Shown in pieces: positions 1 to 12,828 of a stretch of 64,000 nucleotides of DNA (its first letter is position 1; every line of letters starts with the position of its first letter). Origin of the DNA: Eledone cirrhosa (taxonomy: Eukaryota); NCBI GenBank assembly GCA_964016885.1, contig OZ024741.1, positions 140,988,001 through 141,052,000 of the forward strand. Reading direction: 5' to 3'. The translations under genes were made by a program, and so were the position numbers. The notes under the pieces are model-generated. The model did no database searches. It was given only the letters and a program-made list of their open reading frames with translations, and had not been told where the DNA came from.

Positions 1-218
1 CTGAAAGAGTTTCCAAGCATGGTTAAAGAAAGTTAGTCCAGCCTCGCTTTTTGGAACACTTCAAAAGGCATGCTTGCTGGGAACAGCAAGAACCGTCCGA
101 TACGTCCTGAATATCTGAGGCTGCAGGTAGCGGCTTGATATTCATTTCAACAAACTTTTCAGTTTAATAACCTCAATGACTGAGACTCAAAGAACAATAA
201 TAATAATAATAATAACAA
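1..218 (+). mobile_element. 3' end of an R4/Dong-type LINE copy with (TAA)n tail; continues off-window
   Basis: Near-identical to 2818-3045 (ORF end ACLLGTART.RYVLNI*, 3' UTR, AAT tail). Confidence 0.85.
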
Positions 219-3045
219 CCTTCACCAATGCTACAATATCCTCAAAGCAACAGCAAATGCTGTGAGGAAATTACTTGGCATAAAAACGAGAGGAAACAAC
301 AAACAAGAAAGATCAGAACCTTGGTGGAAGAAATGAATGGTCAAAGAAGAAACGAATGGTCAAATCAAGGAAATGAGAAATGACATTGGAAAGCTTGAGT
401 CCCTACTGAATGAGAGATTACAAAACATAGACACTAAAAATAGACTGGAAATAAAGAACAAAACTAGGAGGAAAAAGCTAAATATCATTATAGAGGAACT
501 GAAGCAACGCATTGTAGCAAAGAGTGGAAAAATTAGGCGGTATGAGAGCAGAGTCAGTCAGTATAGACAGAACCGCTTGTTTGACAACAACCAGAAGATG
601 TTGTTTGGACAGATTGAAGGGAAAGAAAGAGGCAACGACTTGATCCCTGAGGCGAAACAAAATAAAACATTCTGGAGAGGAATATAGGAGCAGGATATTG
701 AACATAACGATCAGGCAGTGTGGATTGAGACAGTACAAAAGGAGATTAGTGAACAAGCACACCAACAAACTGATTTGAGTATCACAGTTGAAACTCTTAA
801 GGGGCAGACCAAACAATTAACCAACTGGAAATCACCAGGCCCAGATGGTGTGCAGGGGTATTGGATAAAAAATATGACATCCCTCCACTCGAAACTGACA
901 ACCATGTTTAATGACTGCTTGATGTCGGGTGAGGTACCAGAGTGGTTGAAAAATGGTACCACAGTTCTGGTAATGAAAGACCGAATGAAGGGTAATGATG
1001 TTACCAACTATAGACCTATCACATGTATGTCCGTAATGTGGAAACTGTTAACAAGGATTGTGTCGGAGGAAATCTACCATCACCTCCACATAAACAACTT
1101 GTTACCGGACGAACAGAAAGGATGCCGAAAGAAGTCCCGTGGTACAAAAGACCAGTTACTTATTGATAAGATGGTAATGAGGAATTGCAAGAGGAGACAC
1201 ACTGGTCTTGCCATGGGATGGATAGATTACAAAAAGGCATTCGACATAGTACCTCATTCTTGGATAACCAAAAGTCTAGAGATCTTCAAGGTGGCAGATA
1301 ACCTCAGACAGTTGTTGAGCAAAAGTATGAAGTCCTGGGAAACAGAGTTAACATCGGGTGGAGAATCCTTGGGAGGCGTGAAGATCAAGAGAGGTATCTT
1401 CCAGGAGACAGTTTGTCCCCTCTGTTGTTTTTCCTTTCCTTGATACCCTGACCATTATACTGCGAAAAGTGAGAGCAGGATACAAGCTAGGAAGAGGAGA
1501 GCTTTCCATCAACCACCTCCTCCTCATCGACAATCTTAAACTCTTTGGGAAGAGTGAGAAGGACTTGGATGTACTTGTTGACACTGTCCGTATTTTCAGC
1601 AATTTGGTATTAATAAGTGTGGAGTCTTAGTGATGAAGTGGGGTAAATTGAGCAGAAGCAACGCAATCCAGGTACCAACAGGTGAGATGATAAAGGAAAT
1701 TGACACTGAAGAAGGATACAAATATTTAGGTGTTCTGGAGGCAGATGACACCAAGAACAAAAAAATGAAGGAATCGATAAGATCTGAGTACATTAGGAGA
1801 GGAAGGAGCGTATTAAAATCACATCTAAATAGTAGGAATGTCATAAGTGCAGTGAATTCCGAGCTGAGTCTATTATTAGGTACAGTGCGGGAATTCTGGA
1901 ATGTTGCTGAACAAAAAAAGAAATGGATAGAAGACTAGGAAGCTATTGACTATCTACATGTTCCACAAGAGGAGTGATGTCCATGGACTCTACTTAAAGA
2001 GATCTGAAGGTGGAAGAGGTCTTATCAGCATAGAGCACTGTGTTCAGATGGAGAAAAACAACCTGCACAAATACGTGACTGATAGTAGGGAGCCATTACC
2101 CAACATTGTACTGAAGGAGAGGACAATAGACCAGGGGATGTCCAAGGAAGAAATAACAACAAGGAGGAAGAGAAACCTTCCTGAAAAATCCCTTCATAGT
2201 ACCTTCTTTGGGAAAACTGAATTTAGAGATCCACAGACATGGAACTGGTTAAAAAGAGGAGACCTTAAAAAGGCTACAGAAGGAATGCTAATGGCTGCGC
2301 AAGAGCAGGCCCTCAGAACGAAGTGGGTGAAACACCATATTTACAAGGAGGAGGTTAGCCCACTGTATAGGATCTGTGGAGAGAGAGAGGAGACTGTGGC
2401 TCACATTGTATCCGAGTGTAAACACCTAGCCCAGATTCACTATAAAGGCTGGTGACATGATGTGATGGGCAGGGTGATCCACTGGCACCTATGCAAAGTA
2501 AACAATTTACCACATTCTGAGAAGTAGTATGTACATAAGCCAGAGTCGGTGATAGAAAACGATCAGGTGAAGGTGCTATGGGATTTTAGGATACAGACGG
2601 ACAAGAAACTGGAACACAATAGGCCTGACCTGGTGGTTTTGGATAATGAAAAAAGATCGTGCCTGATTGTAGATGTAGCTTGCCCATTTGACACGAGAGA
2701 AAGGGAGAGGGAGAAATTTAACCGATACCAGGACTTAAAGTGGGAGGTAAAAAGGATTTGGAACTGCCATGAAATCAAAGTCGTCCCGATTGTCATAGGC
2801 GCACTAGGTACTATCTCAAAGAGTTTCCAAGGATGGTTAAAGAAAATTAGTCCAGCTCCGCTTTTTGGAAAACTTCAAAAGGCATGCTTGCTGGGAACAG
2901 CAAGAACCCTCCGATACGTCCTGAATATCTGAGGCTGCAGGTAGCGGCTTGATATTCATTTCAACAAACTTTCCAGTTAAATAACATCAATGACTGAGTC
3001 TCAAAGAATAATAATAAGAACAATAATAATAATAACAACAATAAT
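219..3045 (+). mobile_element. 5'-truncated, frameshifted R4/Dong-clade non-LTR retrotransposon (RT, CCHC knuckle, restriction-like endonuclease)
   Basis: RT motifs KSPGPDG, NYRPITC, EQKGCR, WIDYKKAFD, RGIFQ, YKYLG. Knuckle RICGEREETVAHIVSEC. RLE motifs WDFRIQTD..NRPDLVV..IVDVACP..K..RYQDL. (TAA)n tail. Coding region split across ORFs 337-2932. Confidence 0.9.
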
Positions 3046-3127
3046 AATTGTTTCTACTTCAGGCACAAGGCCAGCATTTACCAGTGCATTACTGGTACTT
3101 TATTTTATCGATCCCGTAAGGATAAAA
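3046..3127 (-). mobile_element. SINE family A, 3' fragment inserted in the Dong tail
   Basis: aattgtttctac...ggtactttattttatcgatcccgtaaggat matches the full copies. Confidence 0.75.
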
Positions 3128-3228
3128 TAACAACAATAATAATAACGACAACAACAACAACAACAACAATAATAATAATATACACATATATATATATATC
3201 TACACACACACACACACACACGCGCGCG

Positions 3229-6200
3229 ATAGCAATTAGCAGCGCTACGATCGAATGTGGCTTTTCAGCCCAACACAAGCATGATGTGTAACAGCAGCCT
3301 GCCAGTCAACCACTGGTCTCACATTATGACTGAGAAGATGACTTTCGAATCCAGCTTTGCTTACGCAGAGTCTCGGACAGACGCTGCATGTCAGCGCCGT
3401 AGGAGGACCTTCGCCGTCTGGAAATGCAACAGTAATGCCCTTCCTCACATCCCGCTTTACTTTCCCGTATGCGATTCGAGATGCCTCAAAGGCAACTTTC
3501 CACTCATATACAGTCTTTTTCCATTTATTAAGATCAGCAGCAACATTTTCCCATGTATCAGCAGAGATGTTAGCGTCTTTCAAAGAGGCTTTCAAGGAAT
3601 CATTATACCCCTTTTTTGGTTTATGTGGCGGTCGTTTTCCTTTAACTAACTCTCCATAAAAGTCTTGTTTTGGTATTCTAGAATCCGTCATCAAGATGAC
3701 CACTCCAACGGAGTCTTTGCTTAAGCGCAAGAGCCTATATACTGTCACACAGAGAACTTTCCAAAAATCTCGACATCACTGATGTGGTCCCTCCAGTGAA
3801 CGCCATGGATCCGTCTGAGACACATCTGATGGAAACGCTCCAATTTCTTAAGGTGGTGTCCATATGTGACCCAGGTCTCGCAGGGATAAAGAATAGAAGA
3901 GAGCACACATGCCTTGTACACCTTTACCTTTGTCTTTTTGCATGTCTCGCCGATCCCAGAGTCGCCTTTCTATCTTTCCGAAAGCGTCACTTGCTTTCCT
4001 AATCTTGAGTGGGATTTCATTATCAAGGTTGCTGTATCGATTGACAGTGCTTCGCAGGTAGACAAACTGATCAACCACTCCAAGTCGTTTACCATACACA
4101 TAGATATTTGGTTCACTGTACTGCCTACCAGGGGCAGGTTGGTACATGACAACGGTTTTCTTGAGACTTACATTCAATCCTAGGGCAGTGCAAGCATCAG
4201 AAATGCATTCAAAATGTGATGCATATCACTCTCTGTGTGCGCTACAAGATCGCATTCATCTGCATACAAGAGGTCTCTTATGATTGATGTAAAGACTTTT
4301 GTTTTTGCAGCAAAGCGCCTGATGTTAAATATGCTGCTTGAGGTTCGATATCGGATGTAAACACCATGCTCGCAATTCCTGAATGCAATATAGAAAACCA
4401 TTGCAAAGTATATGGCAAACAGGGTCGGTGCTGGAATATCCCCTGTTTCACTCCATTTTTTTTACTGAGATAGGCTCCAACATGTTACCTCCGACATTAA
4501 CCCAAGCCTTCATGTCGTCATGGAAAAATCTAACCAAAGCAAGGAACTTATCAGGGCAGCCAAGTTTCTGGAGAACCTTCCATAATGCATTTCTGTTAAC
4601 AGTATCGAAAGCTTTTGTCAGATCGACAAAAACCTGATACAGATCCAAACCATGTCCCATGCATTTCTTCTGGAGCTGTCTAGCTGAGAAGATCATATCA
4701 GTAGTTCTACGTCCAGTACTGTGTGTCAGCACTCTCTGCAATGTGTGTCAGCAGACGGTCCAGAAGTACCCTACATAAAACTTTCCCTACGACAGAATAT
4801 AATGTTATACCTCTGTAGTTCCCACAATCATTCCTGTTACCCTTTCCCTTGTACAAGACCACTATTATTGCATCTATCCTGTCCTCAGGTACGGATTCAT
4901 TAGCCCATATCCTGCCAAACAAAGGGTGAAGATGTTACAGAAGTCTATTACCACCATATTGTAGGTGTTCTGCATGTATACCATCCAACCTGGAGACCTT
5001 CCACTGTTCAGCTTCGAGATAGCTACCGAAACCTCCACAATCTTCGGAGGTTCTGCGGGAGTTACTTTCACAGGTCTTTCTTTAAAGAGATTGAGGAAAT
5101 CTTCATTGACGACAGACGGCTGATTCAAAAGTTCATGAAAGTGCTCTCGCCCCTTTCGTAGAATTCCTTGTGAGTCACAAGAAGTTCTTTGCTGCGGAGC
5201 GGTGTCACCAGAGAAGAAGACGGTCCATAAACTTCACGCAAGAGACTGTACAACAGCTTTGTGTTATTGGAATCTGACGCAGCTTCTAACTCATCAGCCT
5301 TCTCACTCCACCACCGATCCTTCATCTGAGAAAGACTCCGCCTAACACGTGATTCACATCATTTAGTTCCTTATGCAACATATTCTTCTCCTGTCGTTTT
5401 GCTGTCAAGTAGCGTGACAGAGCTCTCCTCTTATCAGCCAACAAGTCTTCTATATGTTCATCATTCTGATTAAACAGGCTTGATGTTTTCTCTGCACCAA
5501 CCCAGAACATGCCTGCCTACATCATAAACCAACTTTTTAATGGTCGGCCAATCCTCACCAAGATCTGCAGCCTGCATCTCTTCTCGCAAAGTCCTCTTCA
5601 CATCTGTATCCCTAAGACGAGCAGCATTCAATCTTCTGGTAGGGTAACATCAGGGGTCAGGATTTTACGTTTAGTGATTAGTTTCCCTTTTGCGCGTACC
5701 AGGCAGTGGTCCGTCCAGCACTCAACACCACGAAGAGCACGAACACACTGCACATCTCGTCTGTCACGCATCCTGACAAGGACGTAGTCCAAAAGATGCC
5801 ATTCCTTAAATGCAGGATGCATCCATGTAGTCTTAAGTTTGTTCTTTTGTTGGAACATGGTGCTGGTAACACACAGATCCAGCTCCTCACACATCTGCAG
5901 CAGGAGCATACCGTTGTTGTTACACTTTCCCATCCCATGCCTTCCGATTACATTCCATGTGTTAAAATCCTTACCCACTCTAGCATTAAAGTCACCAAGC
6001 ACGATGACTTTGTCTACCTGAGGGATATTTCTTAAAACACCTTTCAAGGCATGGTAAAAGGACACTTTTTTCTTCATCGACAGAATTCATAGTTGGAGCA
6101 TACACACTCACCAGAGTCGCATGTCATCCTTTGTCCAGCGGAATTCTCATGGACATAAGACGCTCACTAATTCCCACTGGGAATTCTAATTTATCCACAA

Positions 6201-6530
6201 AAGCAGTCTTAACAGCAAATGCTACCCCAGCCTCTCTTCTGGTTCCTTCATCTTTTCCTTTCCAGAAGAATGTATATTCTCCACAAAATTCCGTAAGATG
6301 ACCATCTCCAGCTAACCTAGTCTCAGATAAAGCTACGATATCAAGATCGTAACGTCGAAGCTCCTTTGCAACAAGATCGGTCCTTCGTTCAGGACGTTCT
6401 AAGGAATCCCTGTGAAGCAGCGTCCGTACGTTCCAACAGCCAAGACTAAATGCCCTGTTTGGCTCTATACAGTGGCACGATAACAAGCGGGCCCAGGCTG
6501 TGATAACCTAGGGCCCCTGCCCCTATTGTC
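3229..6530 (-). mobile_element. Decayed RTE-type LINE ORF (APE endonuclease, RT, C-terminal C2H2 finger)
   Basis: APE motifs GCWNVRTL, VALSETRL, VLGDFNARVG, LLDYVLVR, TDH. RT motifs NYRGITL, FVDLTKAFDTV, LLYADEC. Finger CSVCPRLCVSKAGFESHLLSH. Many stops and frameshifts. Confidence 0.9.
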
Positions 6531-6641
6531 AATTATCTCTTTTGTTCCGGAACCCTTATTGTCAATTATCGCTTTTATATTGTTTTGGAACATCCTTGAA
6601 TTGGGAAAAGAAAAAAAAGTAATAATAACAATAATAATAAT

Positions 6642-6828
6642 AATTGTTTCTACTTTTGGAACAATGCCAGCAATTAACGTGTACATTACTGGTACTTTAT
6701 TTTATCGACCCCGTAAGGATGAAAGGCAAAGTTAACCTCGGCGGGATTTGAACTCTGAATGGAAAGGGCCGTAACTCTATGCGTCAAAGCATGGCGCCCG
6801 ACCCTCTACCGATACTGCTAATCCACCA
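6642..6828 (-). mobile_element. tRNA-derived SINE family A (Nin/Deu-domain-like)
   Basis: Minus strand has A-box tagcagtatcggtaga, B-box gagttcaaatccc, central gcctttcatccttacggggtcgataaaataaagtaccag and 3' end agaaacaatt. Flanked by (AAT)n. Confidence 0.85.
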
Positions 6829-6859
6829 ATAATAATAATAATACACTATTAATAATTAT

Positions 6860-7150
6860 TAATTAATGCAATCGTGCAATGCCTGTGCGTGAAGAATATT
6901 TTTAAAGTGAGGAAAGACTGTGCACTGAGCCAATCCCACTCTCTGAGCGACAGTAGCTATAACCCGAAAAGAAGAAAAGATCAACATCATCGGTAACTAC
7001 TGAGTCGCAGGTTTTATGTCGGAGTTAACTCAGTTTCCTGAGTTGCCTTCTCCTAGAAGAATACCCTGACAAGGGCTAGGGGTCCTTCACTCCCAGTGGT
7101 TTAACTGCGCGATAGGGTAGCCAGTCCGACTATTTCTATGTCCCCGCGCA
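6860..7150 (-). mobile_element. RTE-type 5' UTR segment, probably belonging to the adjacent RTE and separated from it by a SINE/(AAT)n insertion
   Basis: Minus strand has CTAGGAGAAGGCAACTC, typical of RTE 5' UTRs. Aligns by eye with the 5' half of the 29602-30211 element. Same strand as, and upstream of, the RTE ORF. Confidence 0.6.
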
Positions 7151-7261
7151 TAATAAAAAAAGAAAAAAAAAACTCACTTATTGACACTCATATGTACGAC
7201 ATACCCACACGCACACACACACACACATACATAGGCGCGCACACACCAACACTCATGCATA

Positions 7262-7354
<93 letters not shown>

Positions 7355-7755
7355 TATACCGTCATTACTGATACAAGATTATGTCAACTGTTGACTTTCG
7401 AAAGAGTTCGTATAATTGAAGGCCTTCGTGTTACTGTTCAGAATTATTGCAGTTGCTTTACAGTATAGAGCTATGGCCCTCCACGCTTCGAGCTCAAATC
7501 CCGCCGAGGTCAACCTTGCCTTTCATCCTCACGGAGTCAACAAAAGAGAGCACCAGCAATGCGCTGGGACAATCGCTGGCTCCGTGCGAAAAGCAGAAAA
7601 AATTATTATTATTAAAGTTGTTGTTTTCTTAAGTCCCGATCGCTTGTGATGGTGATGGTGATGGTGGCGGTGGATGGTGGTGGTGATGGTGGTGGCAGTT
7701 GATGTTGTTGTTGTGTTGTGTGTGTGTGTTTTTTTGTGTTTTATACATACATACA

Positions 7756-7786
<31 letters not shown>

Positions 7787-7794
7787 GGATAAAT

Positions 7795-8180
7795 AATTGT
7801 TTCTACTTTTGGCACAAGGCCAGCAAATACCCAGTATATTACTGGTACTTTATTTTATTGACCCAGTAAGGATGAAAGGCAAAGTTGACCTCCGCGGGAT
7901 TTGAACTCAGAATGGAAAGGGCCGTAACTCTATGCGCCAAAGCATGACGTCCGACCCTTTACCGATACTGCCAATCCACCTACATATGGATAAATAATTG
8001 TTTCTACTTTAGGCACAAGGCCAGCAATTACCCAGTGCATTACTGGTACTTTATTTTATCGACCCCGTAAGGATGAAAGGCAAAGTCAACCTCGGCGGGA
8101 TTTGAACTCAGATCGTAAAGGGACGTAACTATGCTGGAAAGCATGGCGTCCGACCCTCTACCGATACTGCCAATCCACCA
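7795..8180 (-). mobile_element. Two tandem SINE family A copies (7795-7980, 7996-8180)
   Basis: Both match family A. Separated and flanked by acatatggataaataat. Confidence 0.85.
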
Positions 8181-8837
8181 CTACATATGGATAAATAATG
8201 CCATAATACTTTACAAGATAACTCAATAATGATGAAGTACTTGTTTTGCCAAGTGTATGTTATTATAGCCTCCTGCCGATCGAAAATGGATAAATGTTTT
8301 GAATAAATTTGTTGGATAAATTTCTGTAGATGGAAACTGTTTTGAACTATATCAGATCGCATGTACCCGTTTTCTTTTCATATCAGACTTGTCATACACA
8401 ATCATGCTAAATTATCACGAGATTTATGTTAATGCTACATATGTTTTATGGAAAACACTGCCGAATTACATGGCAATTTCACGAGTACGCATAGCCATTT
8501 ATCTAACGACTGAAATAAGGAAGAGATGTGACAAGTTAAGACCAGTGAGAACAGTTATCAATCTATTACTCAATGAATGCTAAAGGAAGAATTACATTGT
8601 AGATATTAGTATCTGGATTCTTAGCCCTGTGGTTAAGTTTATATCGTTTCGCTAGCAAATGAGAAATATCTCATTTGCAATGGGAATGGTATATACTTGC
8701 TGGTAGGCCTAACAATCCTCATAATATATATATATATATATATAATATATAGGTAAGTTATACCGGGTTGAATCGGAGGTAACCACAGTAAGTAAGGTAC
8801 TAAATACATAGCAGAGTATAAAAGTTTAATATAGATG

Positions 8838-8888
8838 AGATTCTACAGCACTAGAACTGTTTCATTGTTGAGAAATCATCAGGAATCT
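8838..8888 (-). ncRNA. Type I hammerhead ribozyme motif in a Penelope-pLTR-like fragment (about 8750-8890)
   Basis: Minus strand: agattc-CTGATGA-tttctcaacaat-GAAA-cag ttctagtg ctg-TA-gaatct, then ATTAAA and (TA)n. Stem II is weak. Confidence 0.7.
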
Positions 8889-8912
8889 GACTCTCTCTCT
8901 CTCTCTCTCTCT

Positions 8913-8994
<82 letters not shown>

Positions 8995-9580
8995 GTGTGT
9001 GTGTGTTTGTGTGCGTGTGTGCGGGTGTGTGTGTGTGTAACTCTGTGTGTATGTGGCTGTGTGTTTGGGTGTGTGAACGTGCGTGTGTGTGTGTGTGTAT
9101 AATTACACAGACTTAATTAGATACATTGATAAACAAAGAGATTTAGTTGCTTATAATGTTATAATTATGCATTTCATAAATTGATTTAGTAAATTGATAT
9201 AATAATGTACTCAGGTGTAAAACTACAACCTATAGCAAGTTTGCATAGGAAGCGAATATCTCTGCAGGCACTTCATTGGCAGAATTCATTCACAAGATAG
9301 AATGCTAATGCTGCTATTTATAGTATAGTGGAAAGAAACATTTTCCCACGGTATATATATTTCATTCAACTAGATAAATAAATTTCGAAATGGACAAATA
9401 AAAATATAGATAAATTATGAATCGAAGGCAAACTTTGATTGGTAGGTGTTGAATCTGGAGACCTGAAAGCTATCGATCAATATTGGATATTGAATATTTA
9501 TGAATCGTTAACACTGGAAATGTTAACGAGATTTACATGGCAATCACTTGTCCTTTGTATATCCTTTATTCTCTCTCTCC

Positions 9581-9584
<4 letters not shown>

Positions 9585-9656
<72 letters not shown>

Positions 9657-9722
9657 TCCCTCAGTTCGGTTAGCTTTCTATCTCTCTTTCTCTCGCTCTC
9701 TCATTATATTTCTCTCTCACTC

Positions 9723-9797
<75 letters not shown>

Positions 9798-9920
9798 CTC
9801 TACCTCTCTCCTGCTCACTCTATTGTTAAGTCGCTTTCTCTCTCTCTCTCTATCTATCTCTCCCTATCATTCTATTTCTCCCCCTGTCTCTCCCCCCTGC
9901 CCCTGCCTCTCTCTCTCTCT
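9585..9920. repeat. (CT)n/(GA)n microsatellite cluster
   Basis: Direct reading. Confidence 0.95.
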
Positions 9921-11540
9921 GCATTTATGTTTCTCTCACCCTTTATGATTTTTTCTATCCTTATATGAATATGAGTTAACTTAGACTCAAAATATTTGTT
10001 AAAATAATAATGATTTCTTTATTTACATCACAGGGTTTACACCAAGCAAACATCAACGACGGGATTGGACATTGTGTTTTTTTATGTTTTTACGTGTAAA
10101 AATGATTGTAACGAAAACAATGAAACATGTAAAGATATAGAAATACAAACCAAACCAAACAGGGACTAGAGGGGACAATTTGGGTGGCTCGAGCGGATGA
10201 TGTTGAACAGTTCCGAGAGGTGACCATTCACACTGATTCCAGTGTTTCATCTTCTGAAAAGGGGACCGAATTCGTCGACTCTATAAAAACCTTCCCATTG
10301 ATCTAAGTTGATCAGAGCTTCACACATGCCAAGTTCCTTAGCCACCCTCTCTATGAAGTGTCACATAAGGTGGAGTTTGTTGTGGATGGATCTGTTTGAA
10401 ATGGCACATGTCTGCTCTTTCCAAACAGAGCACCGACGACAAGCCTCAACCTTATCACTGATACCTTGAGCTCTGTTACTCGGGCCCATCGAACAACTTT
10501 CGTCTCCTCGTGCCATTGCTCTGACAAAGCAGGCTTCGTGCTTTGCATTGAAGAATTGGTCAAGAGCTAATTTCACCGCAAGCATACCATTTGTTGTTGA
10601 TCTGTTCTTACACTAGGCTGTCTGCACCTCTGCAAGAATATCATTGTATATTCGTTTGGAGATTGACCCTCGGAAATCCCCAAATTTATAGCGGAATTTT
10701 AGATTTAATGGTGTGTAAGGTTATTGCGTGATTTGTATTGTGGTTAGTGCGAAACTTTAGGGGTTAATGTCATTTCTTGTAATTATGGTGCTGTGCTTTA
10801 TGTGAAACATTATTTTCTTGTTGTTTGTGTTTATGGCTGTGTAATTTATATGGGTTGTTACTTTTTGTTGTGTTTGGATTAGTTGTTGTTGAGAGTCAAA
10901 CATATTATACCGAACTGAAGAAATAACGTCTCTCCTACACATTTAAAATATATTTAGAAATGATTCAGTCTGCGTGTTTACCAGAATTTATTTAATATGT
11001 CAAGCTCGGGGAGATCGCACAAGGTGGTAACTGCAAACGTTGGTGGCAAAGAATACTCCCCGAAGAGATTGCCAAAGAATTTGTGAAACAGCAACAAAAT
11101 GACATTTGAACAAAGATATTTCTAAACGTAAGTATTCACATTTTAAGCCCTAAAACGACCCTCATTTCTACTGTACCTGGACCACTTAATGAAATTTTGA
11201 TTAATTAAAAATACTGCTCATTAATCTGAAGCAGCCACGGGTTCTACAATTTTCACTTATATAATTTCAGGTTTTTTTAAATTTATCTCAAACCTTCATC
11301 TTAATTTTATCACAACTCCTATGTTTATATCAGCTCTAAACACCATCTAAGTAGTGGGGTAGTTAATTATATTACTTAACTCCAGCACATTCTTGATGTT
11401 TTTCCAAAATAGTTTAACTATCGTAGATAGTTAAACTATTTTTAATTAGAAATGTAGGGACGAAATTATTATAACAAGCGATTCATCTTTTGTGAGTGCT
11501 GCAAATCAAACTGTTATAGGGGACATGTGAACATAATAAT

Positions 11541-11680
11541 GATTTCTAGTATAGGAACAAGGCCTATACTAGTAGAGGGGTGAAGTCGATTAAATCGACC
11601 CCCAGTACGTTACTGGTGCTTTATTTTATCGACTCCGTAAAGATGAAAGGCAAAGTTAACCTCGCTGGGATTTGAACTCG
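11541..11680 (-). mobile_element. SINE family A variant, partial
   Basis: ctttattttatcgactccgtaaagatgaaaggcaaagttaacctcgctgggatttgaactc. Confidence 0.7.
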
Positions 11681-12745
11681 CATGTGAATATAATAAAAAC
11701 ACTAGAAAATGTGGGAGAGGTGTGTTACAAAATTCATAGTGCAGAGAAATTCAGCCAGGACAAGGCATTTAGTAAACTAACATATCACGTTTTCTTTTTC
11801 AAGATTGTACTGTAAAAATTGTAAAGCTCAACGAGCACTTAATTGATGTACAGATCCATAATTCTTCTATACAAAGCATTTAAATTTCTAGAAATCGTAA
11901 TCCAAGAAGGATGTGTGCCACATAGATCGGGATATGACGTATGGTGGCATGTACATATATATAGAACGAGGGGTCCCGCACTAGATGGTCAATCGAAATA
12001 CAAGGTTCATTGTCAGACACATTACTACGTGCATTGACACTTAGGCCATCACTTTAGAGATCAGTAGAGACAAGACATGAGTGTCAATGTATCTGGCAAT
12101 ATCAAAGGGTCTGATAGATTTTTCCATGAATATGCATGAACTGATCTTTCCTGAATATCGAAAGTTTAGACCAATGTTTGTAGCCTTTTTTGAAAACTTG
12201 GAAGCCAGTAATCGGACCGAGTATGTAGAGCAGAAAGCCCAGTTGCTAGAAAAGGGAGGGTATTTTGCATGAAGAAAGAGAAAAAGAAACAGAGGGGGAA
12301 AATGAACAGCACTGAGGCAACATTAACAACAGCATCAGTAACGATTTGAGATTGTGAGAGTCTACACAATTGCACTCACAAGGTTTGACCAACATAAGGC
12401 TCTATTAAAAGCACTTGACCCAATTGCTATACAGGGGAATCGAACCCGCATATATAAATCTAAATTATTATGGAGTAGCTGTATCTACTCGTAAAATACA
12501 CAGTTCAAGAAAATAATTTACAATGAATAAATAGGAATACCGATAAGTGTTATATTAAGGTTGTGTCGAAATGCCAATCCCACTAAGATTAACATACGAT
12601 GGATACATATGAAAATCGAAATATGCATAAACAAACAACATTGTAAGCATTTCAGTTTGGACCCGTCCGTACAAATAGATATATATATATATACGCACAC
12701 ATGTATATATCAGTATAAATATATATACACATGTGCTTTTCTATA

Positions 12746-12821
<76 letters not shown>

Positions 12822-12828
<7 letters not shown>

